A stretch of 64,000 bases of DNA from Camelus dromedarius (Eukaryota): NCBI RefSeq assembly GCF_036321535.1, contig NC_087436.1, positions 75,332,001 to 75,396,000 on the forward strand. The letters run 5' to 3'. The notes beneath the pieces are model-generated. The model ran no database searches. It was not told where the DNA came from and saw only the letters and a program-made list of their open reading frames with translations. Below are positions 39,475 through 52,022 of the stretch, one piece after another; the first letter of the stretch is position 1; the number at the start of each line of letters is the position of its first letter. The position numbers and the translations under genes are program-made.

Positions 39475-39500
39475 AAAAAAAAAAAAAAAAAAAAAAAAAA
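39475..39500. repeat. Poly(A)26 tract
   Basis: Uninterrupted A run inside the old L1. Confidence 0.9.
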
Positions 39501-41572
39501 GGTAATGGAAAAAGACCAACTAGGGTCTCAGATAATGGAATTATCACAGTCTTTACAACAACTGTGATTAATACATTCAAGGAATTAAAAGATAAGACTT
39601 GAGAATTGCAGTAGATAACTGGAAATTAAGAAAAAGAACCAAATAAAGTTATATAATTATCAAACTACAACAATTGAAATTAAGAACTCACTGATGACTT
39701 TAACAGATTTGACATAGTTGAAGAGTGAAATAGTGAACTAAAAGAGCAGAAGAAAATATTTACTCTTAAGCACAGAGATCAAGAAGAAAGGAAAATACAG
39801 TAAACAATGTAAGAGACAAATGAAATCTAGTGAAAGGTACAGCATTTGTGTAATTGGTGTCCCAATTATACAAGAAGGAGAGGAGAGCTGGAACGGGGAA
39901 GCAGCATTTGAAGAGTAACTGAGAGACATCAAACACTTTGAACCCTACACAGAATAAAGGACAAAAAGAAACCTTAGTATAAAAACTGAGAACCAACACA
40001 ACATGAAAATTATAAAATTAGCCAGAGAATAAAGATATATTACCTTAAAAGGAAAGACAAGATACTAAGATTATTTTCCAATGAACATAATGAAAGCCAG
40101 AAAACAATGAAAAGATATTTTCAAAGTGGTGAAGAAAGACATTTTCAGACAAACAAACTGAGAAAATTTATTGTTAGCAAGTCTACACTTAACAAAATCC
40201 TTAAAGAATGTTCTTTAGGCAGTAGAAAAGTTATACAAGAAGGAAGCTCAGGGATGTAGGAAGGAATGAAGAATAAAAAAAGTGGTAAATATGTGAGTTA
40301 ATTTTAATGATTATTGACTATTCAAAAAGTAATTAAACATAAACATATGTATATATAATTAAAATACACAACCAAAATAGTACATAGGTTGGGAGAGGAT
40401 TAAATAGAGAAAAAATATTTGAAGGTCCTTGCATGATCTAGGATGTAGTAAAAATACTAATTTAGATTAGATTTTAATAGGTCAAGGATGTATGATAATT
40501 TCTAGAGTATCAAATAAAAAGCATAGTTAAGGAATGCATAACTAACAAGCAAATTAAGGGGGGAAATAGAATAATAAAAAATTCTTGATAAATCCAAAAT
40601 AAGGCAAAAAGAGAAAGAGGAGCAAATATAAAGCAAATAGTAAGGTGAAAGATTTAAACATAAATATACATTTAATTCCATTAAATATAAAATATTAAAA
40701 CCTCCCATTAAAAGATAAAGATTATCAGACTAGGAAAATAAACAAACAAATCTGCTGTATGGCACTTACAAGAAACATATCTTAAATATAAAGATTCAGA
40801 AACATTGAAAGCACAAGTTTAGAAAATGGAAAACCATGTGAACACTAAATAAAAGATTACTAGTATAACTATGATATCTTAAGACAAGAAGAATTACTTA
40901 GAGCATCATTTCATAATGATAAACAGGTCAGTCCACCAGGAATATGCACTGCTTTTAAATGTGTATATACCTAATAACATGGCTTCAAAATATATAAAAC
41001 AAAAATTGATAGAATGGCAAGGAGACACAGACAAACCCACAGTGACAATGGGAGATTTTAACATACCTTTCCTAATAACTCATGGATAAGTGGACAGAAA
41101 AAAATTAGAGGATATAGAATATTTGAACAAATTCATCAACCTACTTAACTGATACACAGCGTATAGAACAGTATACACAACAACTGCAAAATACACATTT
41201 CTTTCAAGTGCACATTGTACTTTTGCCAGAAGTGAACATGAACCAAGCATAAAGCAAGTCTTAATTTCCAAAAAATTAAAATCTAAAAAGTACATTTCTG
41301 AGCACTGAGAAATAAAGCTAAAAATTACTAACAAAAACTACTTAGAAAATTTCCATGTATTTTTCAAAATGTCAATATTTTTCTAAATAATAGATCAAAG
41401 AAGAAATCAATAGAGAAATTAGAAAACATTTTGAACAAAATGATAAAAAATACTGTAAAGTACACAAAAGTATAGAATAAAGAGAAATTTAAAAACTTAA
41501 AATATATATAAATAAAAATTTTAAAAGAAAGGGTGAAAAATCTCAAGAAGTTGGAGAAAAGAATAATAAATG

Positions 41573-41769
41573 CAGGGACATATATTCAATACATTGTAAT
41601 AGCCTATTATAAGAAAGAATATGAAAAAGAATATATATATATATATATACACACATATATATATACACACACACATATATACATATACACACATATATAT
41701 AACTGAATCACTATGCTGTACACCAGAAATTAACACAACATTGTAAACCAACTATACTTAAGTAAAAAT
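41573..41769 (+). mobile_element. Young 5'-truncated L1 3' end with (TA/CA)n microsatellite, nested in older L1
   Basis: 'aactgaatcactatgctgtacaccagaaattaacacaacattgtaaaccaactatact'; perfect 12-bp TSD gaataataaatg (41561-41572, 41770-41781). Confidence 0.9.
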
Positions 41770-42119
41770 GAATAATAAATGAAACCTAAAGAAAGAAGGA
41801 AGAAAATAATGACTATAGGAACAGGTATTAATGAAATAGAAGCAAACATAAAATAAAGAGAATGACCAGTGTCAAAACTTGATGTTTCTGGAAAGACTAG
41901 AAAAACTGATAAAACTTTGATGAGACTGTATTCCTTGACTTTGGAGAATTATTATTTGGGCCAACAAATACATTTCAAAAACCAACATTGCTACTTGGCC
42001 ATTATCTTTTTTTTCACTCTTTCTTATTAAAAAATTAGTATATGTATGTAACATTAAAAAAGATCAGTACTTCTTAGCCCTCTGTATAGTCTTTGCTTGA
42101 TCAGCTTTAAAAAAAACCC

Positions 42120-42715
42120 AACTTTTTACTTCTTTCATTATAAAGTGATATATGTTCATTGAACAAAATATACATACGTGAAAAGGAGATTTGCTGGAAA
42201 AATTTCAAATCCCAGATAACAGTTGTTTTTGATGTATATTCTTTGAAGTGCATTTCTTTGCTTATAGATTCACGTATATTTACAAAAATGAGATAATGTG
42301 TATTCTATTCTATAATATTTTTTCACTTAATACTGTGTAATAGCTATTTTTCCAAGTCATTAAATATCTTTCTGTTGAATTATTTTAATGACTACATGAT
42401 CTAATTTAGTCAAGTGTACCAGCGGCCTCCTGTGTTTGGACATTTAGGTTGTTTGCAATGTTTTTCCTGTTATAAGCAGTGCTATGATAAACATTCTTGT
42501 AACTAAATTTTTGTGCAAACTACTGATTGTTTTCTTTGGATAAATACCTGAAAGTGAAATTGCTGAGAGGAAAAAAAATTCATTTTTAAGCCTTCCTATA
42601 TTTATTGTTCAATTACCTTCCAGAAAGATTGTGCCAAAATATAATCTCATCAACATCAACAGTATATAAGAGTACCCATTTCCAATACTGTCTCCAATGT
42701 TAGGCGTCATCTTCT
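42120..42715 (-). mobile_element. L1ME-type 3' end
   Basis: 'tggacatttaggttgtttgca...gctatgataaacattcttg...ggataaatacctgaaagtgaaattgctg...ttccagaaagattgtgcca'. Confidence 0.8.
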
Positions 42716-43664
42716 AAAATAAACCTCACCTAATTATCTCAGTCTGTTCTGAAAGTGCTGAGTCAGTTTCCAGAAGGATGATAGTTGTGGGCATTGAACC
42801 AAGAGAACTTTGCAATGTGCCTTACTCTGGGTGGACAGCTCTGAGTGGGCAGCTCCCAGAAAGGGCAGTGGTTGGAGTGAGGCCATTCGTGCTTAGTGAT
42901 TTCCACAGTTAATTTCCAAGAGGCCTTAAGGGGCCAGGAGCCACATACAAGCCAAAAGAGGTGAAAACGGGGCTGTTTTTAATTCTCTACTTCTATTTCC
43001 ATTATTAGTATTTTATTTTGTTATTTTTATTATGTTCTCATGGATACATCAAAGTCACTCGCTTGGAGGAACCATCCTGAGGTGGGCGCAGTGTGCTAAG
43101 GGGAGGAATAGAGAACCTTACTGAGCTATTAGAAGCCCAGAAGTTACACTGTGGCTACATGCAGGTCTATTTTGGAAGTCAGCAGCCTCAGTGAGCTCAA
43201 TAACTTCAGTTTATGAAGTTTACAAATATTTTTATATTTTTCTTATCGAGAAAGCTATATAAGAACTGCATTAAATGATATTTTAACAATGCATTCAATA
43301 TACAAATACTGTATCAAACAATTTTAATTGCTATGTTCATTTCATTAGCAAATAATGTGAACAGTTTTAAAATACCAGTAGTGAAACAAGACTTACAGTG
43401 AAAAACGGTACCCCCCTACCCAAGTTCTCTCACCTTCCAGAAGCAGCTGCTTTTAATACTTTCATCTGTTTCTTCAGGCATGTTCTTCCCATGGCAAAAT
43501 CACATGGTTATACTGCTGTTTTTATTTCTTGATTTTTTTAAGGTATAGATAATATCTATTGATTTCCATAGGAGATTGGAATGTAGTTCTCTTATATACA
43601 CACACCCCATACATCCTTCTTCTTCATATTCTGTAACACCTTCACCCTTCCCATCCTCCCATTA

Positions 43665-43882
43665 TTATTTTTGAAAAACTTTTAATTATGGAAAATTACA
43701 CACAACAAGTAGTGAGACTAAGAGAGTGGACCCCCTGTGCTCATCACACAGCTTCAACAATTATTAAGTATGGTTAATCTTACTATATCCGTATCTGCTG
43801 CCTTCCTGCCCCTTTGCATTCCCCTAGAGAGAATATTTTGAAGCAAATCTCAGAAATCCTATACTTTCATCTGTAAATATGC
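43665..43882 (-). mobile_element. L1MC-type 3' end nested in HAL1
   Basis: 'attatggaaaattacacac...ctcatcacacagcttcaacaattatt...ttttgaagcaaatctcaga...ttcatctgtaaatat'. Confidence 0.75.
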
Positions 43883-44710
43883 CCCCAGTATAGTTTTATC
43901 ACATTTTTTATGAAATTGATTTCTAGGGCTGAGTTTATTATGGTCATGTAAATATTGATCATGGGTTTGCCACATTGTGTACAACAATTACACTGATTTT
44001 TCACATAACTCATGGAGTTTTTTGGGAATCCATAATTAAATCTTTGTTTATTTAGTTTCCTATGTGTCTATCATAAGTTTTTCCTGAACATTCTGACTGA
44101 ACTCTAATGATTCTCTCAATATGGTTAAAAAATCAGATCTTATGTCAAATCTTTTTTGTTTTAATGGGAGACATCTATCCAGTCATCCAAAATCCTGCTT
44201 CACTCTTTCTTGGATGTTTTCTAGATTTGTGACAGTACTCATTCTCAATCTTCCCTTAAGTTCCCTCCTGTATGAGATGCTCAGAGTTTGGGATTCCAAA
44301 TTAGTTGAGTAAGCATCAACTAATAATAAGGCCAGCTACAGAATTCCAGGTTGTAAGTGATTTCCCTCAGAATTTTGGAGATATTGTGCCATTAGCTTCT
44401 GTCTTTCAGTGATACTGTGAAGACTTAAGCCATTGTGATTCACAATCATGTGTTTGTGACTGAGTTTTTACCCCCTTCTAGAATATTTTAGGATCTTCTC
44501 TTTATCACTGGTACTCTGAAATTTCATGATGATGTACTGTGGTGTAGTTTTTGGTTTTGTTTTGTTTTTTATTCATTGTGCTAAGCACACAGGACATGCT
44601 TTCATTATGGGATCTTATGCCCTTCAGTGCTGGAAAATATTCTTAAATTATTGCATTCATGACTTTCTTCTGCTTTCCATTGTCTGTTTCCTCCTTGGAA
44701 CACACTTCTG

Positions 44711-44874
44711 TTCTCCTCCCCTCCCCTCTCCTCCTCTCCACCCTGCTTCTCCTCCTCCCTTCCCCCTCTCCTCCTCTCCCCCTCCTCCCCTCCCCTCCTC
44801 TCCTCCCCCTCTTCTCCTCTCCCCCTCCCCCCTTCTTCTAATTCTCCTCCTCCTTCTTTCTCTCCTCCCTTTCT
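44711..44874. repeat. CT-rich homopyrimidine tract (CCT/CCCCT units)
   Basis: ~160 nt almost exclusively C/T. Confidence 0.95.
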
Positions 44875-45869
44875 GTCATTTGATTTTGGATCTTTCTGCA
44901 AAAGGAGCCTGGAATCCAGCATTTCTGGGAGACACATTGGGATGGAGGCTGGTTGTCTCCCCATTGAGTGTTCAGGCTTTCACTTGTCTTCTTTCAGAAA
45001 GATGTTTCACTCAGCTGTGCTTGGTAATCCCTGGTTCAGAGCATTTCTGGTTCAGCTTCTTCACAAGTTAAATCCTCATTCTTCCACCAGGGTTCTGGGG
45101 GTGGTCAGAGGTATCTGATAGCTCTCATTTTCAACCTTTCCAGGGTTCTGCAACGTTGGCTGCCCCTTAAAGGCACTTCAAGCTAAGAAACCTAAAATAT
45201 CAGTCACTATTTGTCTATCTGCTTTCCTTCTTTAAAAATTGTGATCACCAGCATCCACTGTTATTTTCTCTTCTCTTTGACATGGATTTGTATACTTTTA
45301 TCTCTTTTCTTTCATTTTAGCAGGACTCTAGGAAAAAGTTGAGATGGACATTTATCCCATCCACTGCATCTCACTGAAAATCTTAGCACAATGATTTGTA
45401 TTTCTGCAGGTCACCTTTCTAAAGTACTTGATACACAAGGAGGCAAAACATTCATTCACTCACTCATTGTTTCTTTTTTTTAATTCCCAAAGCAGAATAA
45501 CTTTATTAGTAGAAGACTGTGATTTAGGGCTTAAAGTATTGCAAGCCTGTTTTCATTGTTAATCAAGTATCTCACACAGATTAATTGACCACTATTATGT
45601 GGCATTTTTTGGGTCCTTTAGACCAAAAGGTGAAGAAGGTGTGCTTTTTTGTCAGCTTGAAGTATTTACAGCCGTGTAAAAATCTGACCTCCCTTTTAAA
45701 GAAAGAAATGTATTGTGAGTTGACAAAGTAATTTTTCGCATAGAGTGAGTCAACAGCTGAGTTCTTGGTGGGGAGGCCGTATTCCATATTGGTAAATCCC
45801 ATGGTCTTGGAATCAATTAAACTTTGTTTTCCTTCCAGCATTGCCGTTATTTCTAGAGGGAATTCATGG

Positions 45870-46190
45870 ATCCTCTCTGAGTTTCAATTTCCCCATCTGT
45901 AAAATGGAGAGAATAATACCACTTATTGCAGGTTGGCTTAAATGTAGTAACACATGTAAAAGGCTTTAGACCTGGCTCTGAGGAAGGAGTCAGTTAATGG
46001 CAAGTAGAGGCTTGTAAGGAGAGTGGAGAATGTCAGACAGACCAGGAGCTCACGTTCCAGTTCTGCCTCCTTCCAGCTATGCGATGTTTGATAAAATACT
46101 CTCTCTTAACTTCAGTTCTCTTGTGTTTAAAATTCAGATATGATGTCTGTCTTATAGAATTGCTACAAGGATTGTGTTAAACAAGGTAGA
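45870..46190 (+). mobile_element. Two tandem MIR fragments
   Basis: 'tctctgagtttcaatttccccatctgtaaaatggagagaataatacc' and a second head+core 'gttccagttctgcc...cttcagttctc'. Confidence 0.7.
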
Positions 46191-46654
46191 GTGAGCCACC
46201 CTTGGCCCTATGTACGTGTTTTGTGTAAGTTTTATTATTAAGATGTTAGGGATTTTGGGTACTAGATTGCACGGTGAGATTGTGTCTGAGGAAAACTGAG
46301 CATTGGTTGGAGAATTTGCCTGCTGTATTGTTTGATAACTTGATCTTTGTGGTGCTTTCCTGGGTTGAAAAACAAATCTAATTTTCATTGTGAGGATTTT
46401 CCTGACATATGCTGTGGAGGGAGTTCAATCTGGAGATGACCTATGAAATAGAAATGAAAATCAGCTAACTTATCTGGCATAGTGTATGATGAAGTTGTCA
46501 TTGCTTCATTCTGAATTCCAAGAGCTTCTCTTCTGCAAAACACATGAACAGCTTCTAGAAATAAAGAGTTACTTGGGACTTTTGGTTTGCTAGTTTAGAA
46601 GAGTAGAGAAATGACTCCTTTTTTCACTGGTGAGTAAGCTGCTAATGGAGACTC

Positions 46655-46810
46655 AAGGAATCATAGACTTTTATGGTCAAAGGCAGCTTAATGACCACCT
46701 GGTTAAAATTTTTAATTTTATTGATGAAGAAATTAAGCTCAAGAAAGGCTGTTACTTGTTCAAGACCACAGAGCTATTAACTAGTGAAGCCTAGTAAAAT
46801 AGCCAGCTCT
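46655..46810 (-). mobile_element. MIR3-like SINE
   Basis: 'attttattgatgaagaaattaagctcaag...acttgttcaagaccacagag'. Confidence 0.6.
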
Positions 46811-47249
46811 CTGTTTAAATTTCAGCTGAAACAACATTGTATAATAAAATAAGTCAATATAATATTAAAATTGAACAGCTTAAACACTTCCTAGTCAGTG
46901 TCAACCTAGAATACAAAAGATGGAAACCCAAAGGGTTTCTAAGTAAGTTTGTTGAAATCATGTAAGAAAAAAAAACTTAAATTCATCAGTGAATTGAGAT
47001 TTAGTAAGCGCTCTTGTGTTTTTAAATTAACACTCCAATTTTCATATGCTACATAGCTATGAATTATGTATTTGTGTCCTTAATTATTTATGTCAAAATG
47101 TGTCTAAAGCATCAAGTTCCCCTGTGTTAAGGATCCTGGTGATCCTCGCTGCTTGTTTGAGGACCATAGCCGCTGATGCTCAATAATTTAACATGATAGT
47201 CTCTTTTTAAAAATACTTTTAATTAAAAAAACAATTTTATTTGGAACTT

Positions 47250-47433
47250 AAAAAAATTGAAGTACAGTTGATTTACAATGTTGTGTTAGTTTCTGGTGTA
47301 CAGCATCATGGTTCAGTTATACATATATATTCTTTTTCATATTCTTTTTTATCATAGGCTGCTACAAGCTATTGAATGTATGTACTATACAGTGGCTCCC
47401 AGTTGTTTATCTATTTTGTATAAGGTAGTTTGT
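47250..47433 (-). mobile_element. Short LINE-1 3' end (cetartiodactyl-like)
   Basis: 'ttgaagtacagttgatttacaatgttgtgttagtttctggtgtacagca...ttcagttatacatatatattctttttcatattc'. Confidence 0.85.
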
Positions 47434-48084
47434 TATACTCAGCCTTTTTTGATTTCATGTTTAAGGAGATCCATCCTTCTTTTCTTAGTAGTGTTTATTG
47501 CTGCAAATTATAGTGACCGTGAACGCACAGTGTTTCTGGTAGTACCTTTAGGACATGTGCACCAGCAAAATCCATGTGACTTGTGTTTCATCAAGTTAAA
47601 ATGAGGCATTTTTATGGTTGGCAGCAGAAGGGCCGCAACTCTCCTGTGAATAATACCTTTTCAGTTTGAAATATGGGCTGGAGAAATAGTCTTCTTTTAA
47701 AACTCTCAAAATATGTAATTCACTCCCTTTCTCTGGAGAGTGTCATTTCAATATTGCTATTTCTTTCCATGTTATATAAAGCTCCAGATTTGGAATTGTG
47801 TTGGCCTTTTGTATTTTGACTTCCACTGCAATTCTTTAAGGAGGCAGTAACTGGAAACAGCATGATCCTGGAAAAGGTAGAGCTAGGGTAGTGCCTGCAG
47901 AATGAAAGGCCCACAGCAAGTGCCATGTTTTAGTTAATTGACCCGAAGGCCTGAGCATCCTTGGCAGCAAATCCGCAGTTTGCTTTTGCATACCTAGCTT
48001 TGGGTTTGCATTACCGCTTCCTTCTCCTTCAATTCTGTTTCTGAGGAGTTAGTTTTTCTCAGTCTTCTGTATCCTTTGGGAATA

Positions 48085-48400
48085 TTAAAAAATTATTATG
48101 AGTTCAATACATACTCATAGTTAAAAATTTAAACAGACAAAGAGGTTATACAATGCCCTGCAGACTCCCTGCAGTCTCTTTGTAGGAACCACCATCTGTT
48201 GATTCATGGGTCTCCTAGACACTTTCCATATGAACAACCCAGATATGTATACATATATGTATTTCTTCAATGAGAGTGTAATATACATACAGTTCTTTAC
48301 CTTTTCACTTAATAATACATTTGAAGATCTTTTTGCATCACTGCATACAGATTCAAATGGCTAGGTAGTTTGCCATGTTAGAGGATGTTCCATTATTTAT
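48085..48400 (-). mobile_element. L1ME-type 3' fragment
   Basis: 'ccttttcacttaataatacatttgaagatctttttgcatca...ttccattatttatt'. Confidence 0.55.
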
Positions 48401-50029
48401 TGGTTTTCTCATATCCTTTCATCTCTTCCTCTGGCAACATACCTCATGATAGGCATTTGGTCAATCTCACACTGAAGGCTTGTGTCCTCTGGAGGAGGCT
48501 CAATTTTCCAACCTTGAGAAAGCAAGCTGGTGACAGCCTGGGAACACCGCTAGCTATCACCATCGGCACTTCTCTTTCACCACATGGTGTTTGAGGTGTT
48601 CTGTGTGTTTCTGTGTTTGCCAAAGTCAGAGCTGCAGTGGTGGCTCCAAGGGGCAGTGGAGCGTGGAAAGGCAAGTGGGAAGTTGGGTACATCAGTGGCA
48701 AATCCTTAGATTGGACATAATGAAGCAGAAAATCAAGGTACTGTGCTGTCAGAATTTTCAAGGTCAGTAATGCAGCTCACTCTCTTTTCAAGTCAAGTTA
48801 GCACAGAGGCCGATTTCAGCAGCTCTGCGTGTTTTCCCAGACAGGAGGAAAGTCTCAGAGCTTGTGGAGCCCATCTCGGGAAAACCCTGAAAACTCCTAA
48901 AGGAAATTGAAATGTCAGTTTTAGCCTGTCTTCAAGCAAAAGTGCTACTTTGGACAAGATTAGTAATTCTGAAACTTCTTTCAGAAGAGGAACCTATTTT
49001 TCAAGTGAAATCTCTTTTACAATTCCCAGTATATGAAAGAGGTAAAAGTGGAGCTGCAGGGTTTGGATTGGGTTGGGGAACTGGTTGGTTACCTGTGTCT
49101 CGACCCTCATCAAGTCCCACAACCTGGCATCTTCGCAGGACACAGACAGAAAAACAACAGACTGGATAGCATTTCATTTCATCCAAGATGTTATGCCTTC
49201 ATCTTTCTTTGCCTTTAAGTAGTATTCAGATACCATGAAGGGTTTTTATTTTACATATAATTTCAAAGAAGGAACATCTTTTCCTTGTCCTTTTTTGAAG
49301 AGCCTGCTGGAGCTTTGCTGGGTCAAAGGGCGGCCTGGCCTATTGGTTGAAGGTCGGTTATATCCCTTCAGTTAACTGTTAGAAATATCCAGACTGGAGA
49401 AACTAGCTTGTAAGGGCAGCAAGTCTTTACACAAATTCCAGAGCCTATGAGATTGATTGCTTTTCGTGTTTACTGCAGCCAAATGATTAACTAGGACCCT
49501 GAAACTGAGCCCACTGGAAAAGTAGTTTATGCTGGGAATGCAGAAAGGATGTTTGCATATGACCATCAGATTTCTTGGTGAAGCCTTTTAAACGTTGTTT
49601 ATCTTGGGGACACCCACTGCTTAGAGAATTTTTGTTTCCTTTTGTATTTTATTGTCCTATGCCAGAGGCCAAGGCCAGCCTTGTAGTATGTACTGAACTT
49701 GATTGTTCAGGGCTTTCTATAGGGTGCCAGTGAGTTTGTGGGAGAAAATCATGTGCCAAACCATCTGAAGCATTTAGTGCTTTGAAATTGTTCACCGTTG
49801 GGAACAAGGTAGTTGGTTTTAGGATTAATCAGGTTTTCTAACTAAAGACACGCAATGCTCACAAACACTGAATCATACTATCATTATTTGGGATTTCACA
49901 AATGAAATATAGGTTGATCAAAGCCAGAGCCAACTACTATGGAATCTTCTTTTCAACACTTTTCCTCACAGCTTAAAGTTTTATTTTAGAAGAAAAACTC
50001 CCATTTCCTCATGCTGAAATAGCATGCTT

Positions 50030-50140
50030 CATGCAAAAAAGCTTACTGAGGGCCTACCAATGTGCTAGTCAGGTTCTGGGGCATTGGGATACAACAGTGA
50101 ACAGAATGGACAAAATTCCTGCCCTTGGAGGATTTTCATT
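50030..50140 (-). mobile_element. L2 3' terminus
   Basis: 'ttactgagggcctacc...ggcattgggatacaacagtgaacagaatggacaaaattcctgccctt'. Confidence 0.8.
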
Positions 50141-51559
50141 TTTGTTCTCCTAGCTGGTCGTTGAAAAAAATCTGGTGAAAAGTTATCTGCCCCACCTTCT
50201 GCAAAAGGTGTTATCTGAGGAAGACAGTGTGCTTCTGGGTAGTGAGCCTCATTATTTTGGTAGGGAACCTCACTTTCTGTGCGCTCAAGGTAAGGCTAAT
50301 GGAAGATGAAGATCATGAGCTTGTCCTGAGCACAAGAGAGAAATAACACACAGTTTCTCAAAATGTGTTCTTACCTACCTGCATGGAAGAGTCAGACATT
50401 TTCTTAAAAATATATATTTCTCCAGACGCAAAGCAGACTTAAAAGAAAAAGCATTCAGTTATAATTCTTGTCTAATAGGGAGCATCAAGAGGTCTGAGGA
50501 GTAACTGATAAAGAGGCTTTCCTTAGTTCTCTAGGGCTAGGGATTTCTAAAGCCTTCACGTTTCTTATCTTTCTGTTAGAACCAGCAGAGTGCTGAGCCC
50601 TAACAACTGACGAGAACTTTCAAGAATTCCTCCTCTTTATTGGAAAGATATATTAATTTTTAAGGTCATGCCTTTGCTCTCATTTGCAATGGTATCTTAG
50701 TCTGTGGTTGGAAGGAATCAAGTGCTGTTCTGAAAAGGACTGATTCTAAGTGAGTCCAAAGCTACATCTGTATTTGCATTGTTCTGTCTATTTGGTGTCA
50801 CGTCACTCCCTAATTTATTGTATCAGTATGCTGTATTTTAGAGAAATGAATGTTGATGTCACTGTTAAGAAAGGTTGAAGTCTGTTTATAAATTGGAATC
50901 GGTGTCTTTCCTTGGGAATTGGTGTGTGTTTGGAGTGTGGCTCCTGGAGAGGCGGGGTCTGCTCCAGGCTTCCACTCCCTGCCTCCAGGAAAGATGGAGA
51001 TGCAGGAAGAAGACTGAGCAGCTAAACGAACTAGAACACATGGGGTCAGGGTGAGTTCCTCACCTGCATCCCTTTGTTTAGGGCTCTGGGATGCTTATTT
51101 CAGGCTCCCAGGGAGAGTAAAGGACTTGATGATTTTCAATTGAGTACATACTTTAATTCAGGCCTAATAGTTGTTTAAAGTTGTATACAGGTTTTTTCTC
51201 CCCAACTAGTAGCAGGCATTTTGAATTCAAGAAAAGACCCTTCCCTTGCACTTTTTACATGTGTCCTTCGTGTCACATAGACTAGTTCTTTGCAGGTAAG
51301 CCTTTTTATAAATATTTGCCAATTTAGAGTGGTCCAGAGCCAATATCTCAGTTAGTGACTGACACAGGTTTGGAGAATTCATTGATTCATTCCACTGGTA
51401 TTTGTCGTGCTGAGGAACCAGTGGGAATAAATAATTTGCTCCTTTGGTTGGATCTAAATCTGGGTTCTCAGTGGTAATGCATTATATATGATATGACTAT
51501 AAATTGATGAGACATTTCCCAGGGAAACTGGTCTCGTTAGTTGTAGTCATGTTCCATCA

Positions 51560-52022
51560 GCCTCCTAGTCCTACCCACTTTACTGTCTAAATATAGCCCA
51601 GAGCGCTCCTTCCTCCCTGCCCTCCAGGATCTGGCATAGGCTTGAACCTTCCTCATCGCTCGTCTGGGCTGTTGCTATTAACAGCTCCCTGTTTCATTGA
51701 TATTCTTGCCTCCTTCTAACCCAACTTCTAGGTTCTTCCACGCTGACGCTACAATGATCTTTCTAACCTGAACACTGGTCACATCCCTAGAGGTTTTTGT
51801 TTGTGGAATACAAGATCTTCTGCTAGTCTTCCAGCCTTAATTCCAACTGTGCCCCACCTCTGCTCCTTGTGTTCTCGGAATGGCCAGTATCCATATCCAC
51901 TAGACTGGGAGCTCTGTAAGAGAAGAGACCATGTCTGCGTGCACCAGTTTGAATTTCTGCGATGCAGAATGGTGCCCAGAATATGGTGGGGTTCCCGAAG
52001 CTTTTGTGGAGTTGAACTGAAT
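51560..52022 (+). mobile_element. L2 LINE fragment with 3' end
   Basis: 'aatgatctttctaa...ccactagactgggagctctgtaagagaagagaccatgtctg...gttgaactgaat'. Confidence 0.7.

Larger units (their letters stand above)
38886..41930 (+). mobile_element. Old L1M element 5' half (5' UTR, ORF1, ORF2 endonuclease), heavily degraded
   Basis: A-rich sense strand; EN motifs PIKR*RLSD (~40700), LQETYL (~40770), GDFN (41051-41062), SEH (~41300); many stops. Confidence 0.85.
43320..45365 (-). mobile_element. HAL1 (half-L1)-like element, interrupted
   Basis: 'catggttatactgctg...ttcttgatttt...atctattgatttcc' 3' region and 'atttccctcagaattttggagatattg...ctgaaatttcatgatgatg' ORF1-like region resemble the remembered HAL1 consensus. 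Confidence 0.6.

Noticed and set aside
38886..42715. Sense L1 5' half next to antisense L1 3' end as a twin-priming inversion
   Set aside because: Geometry is tail-to-tail, not the twin-priming arrangement, and no shared TSD is seen.
44526..45071. Longest ORF (181 aa, Pro/Ser/Leu-rich) and overlapping Gly/Glu/Arg-rich antisense ORF
   Set aside because: Open only because the CT-rich tract lacks stop codons; lies within a HAL1-like repeat.
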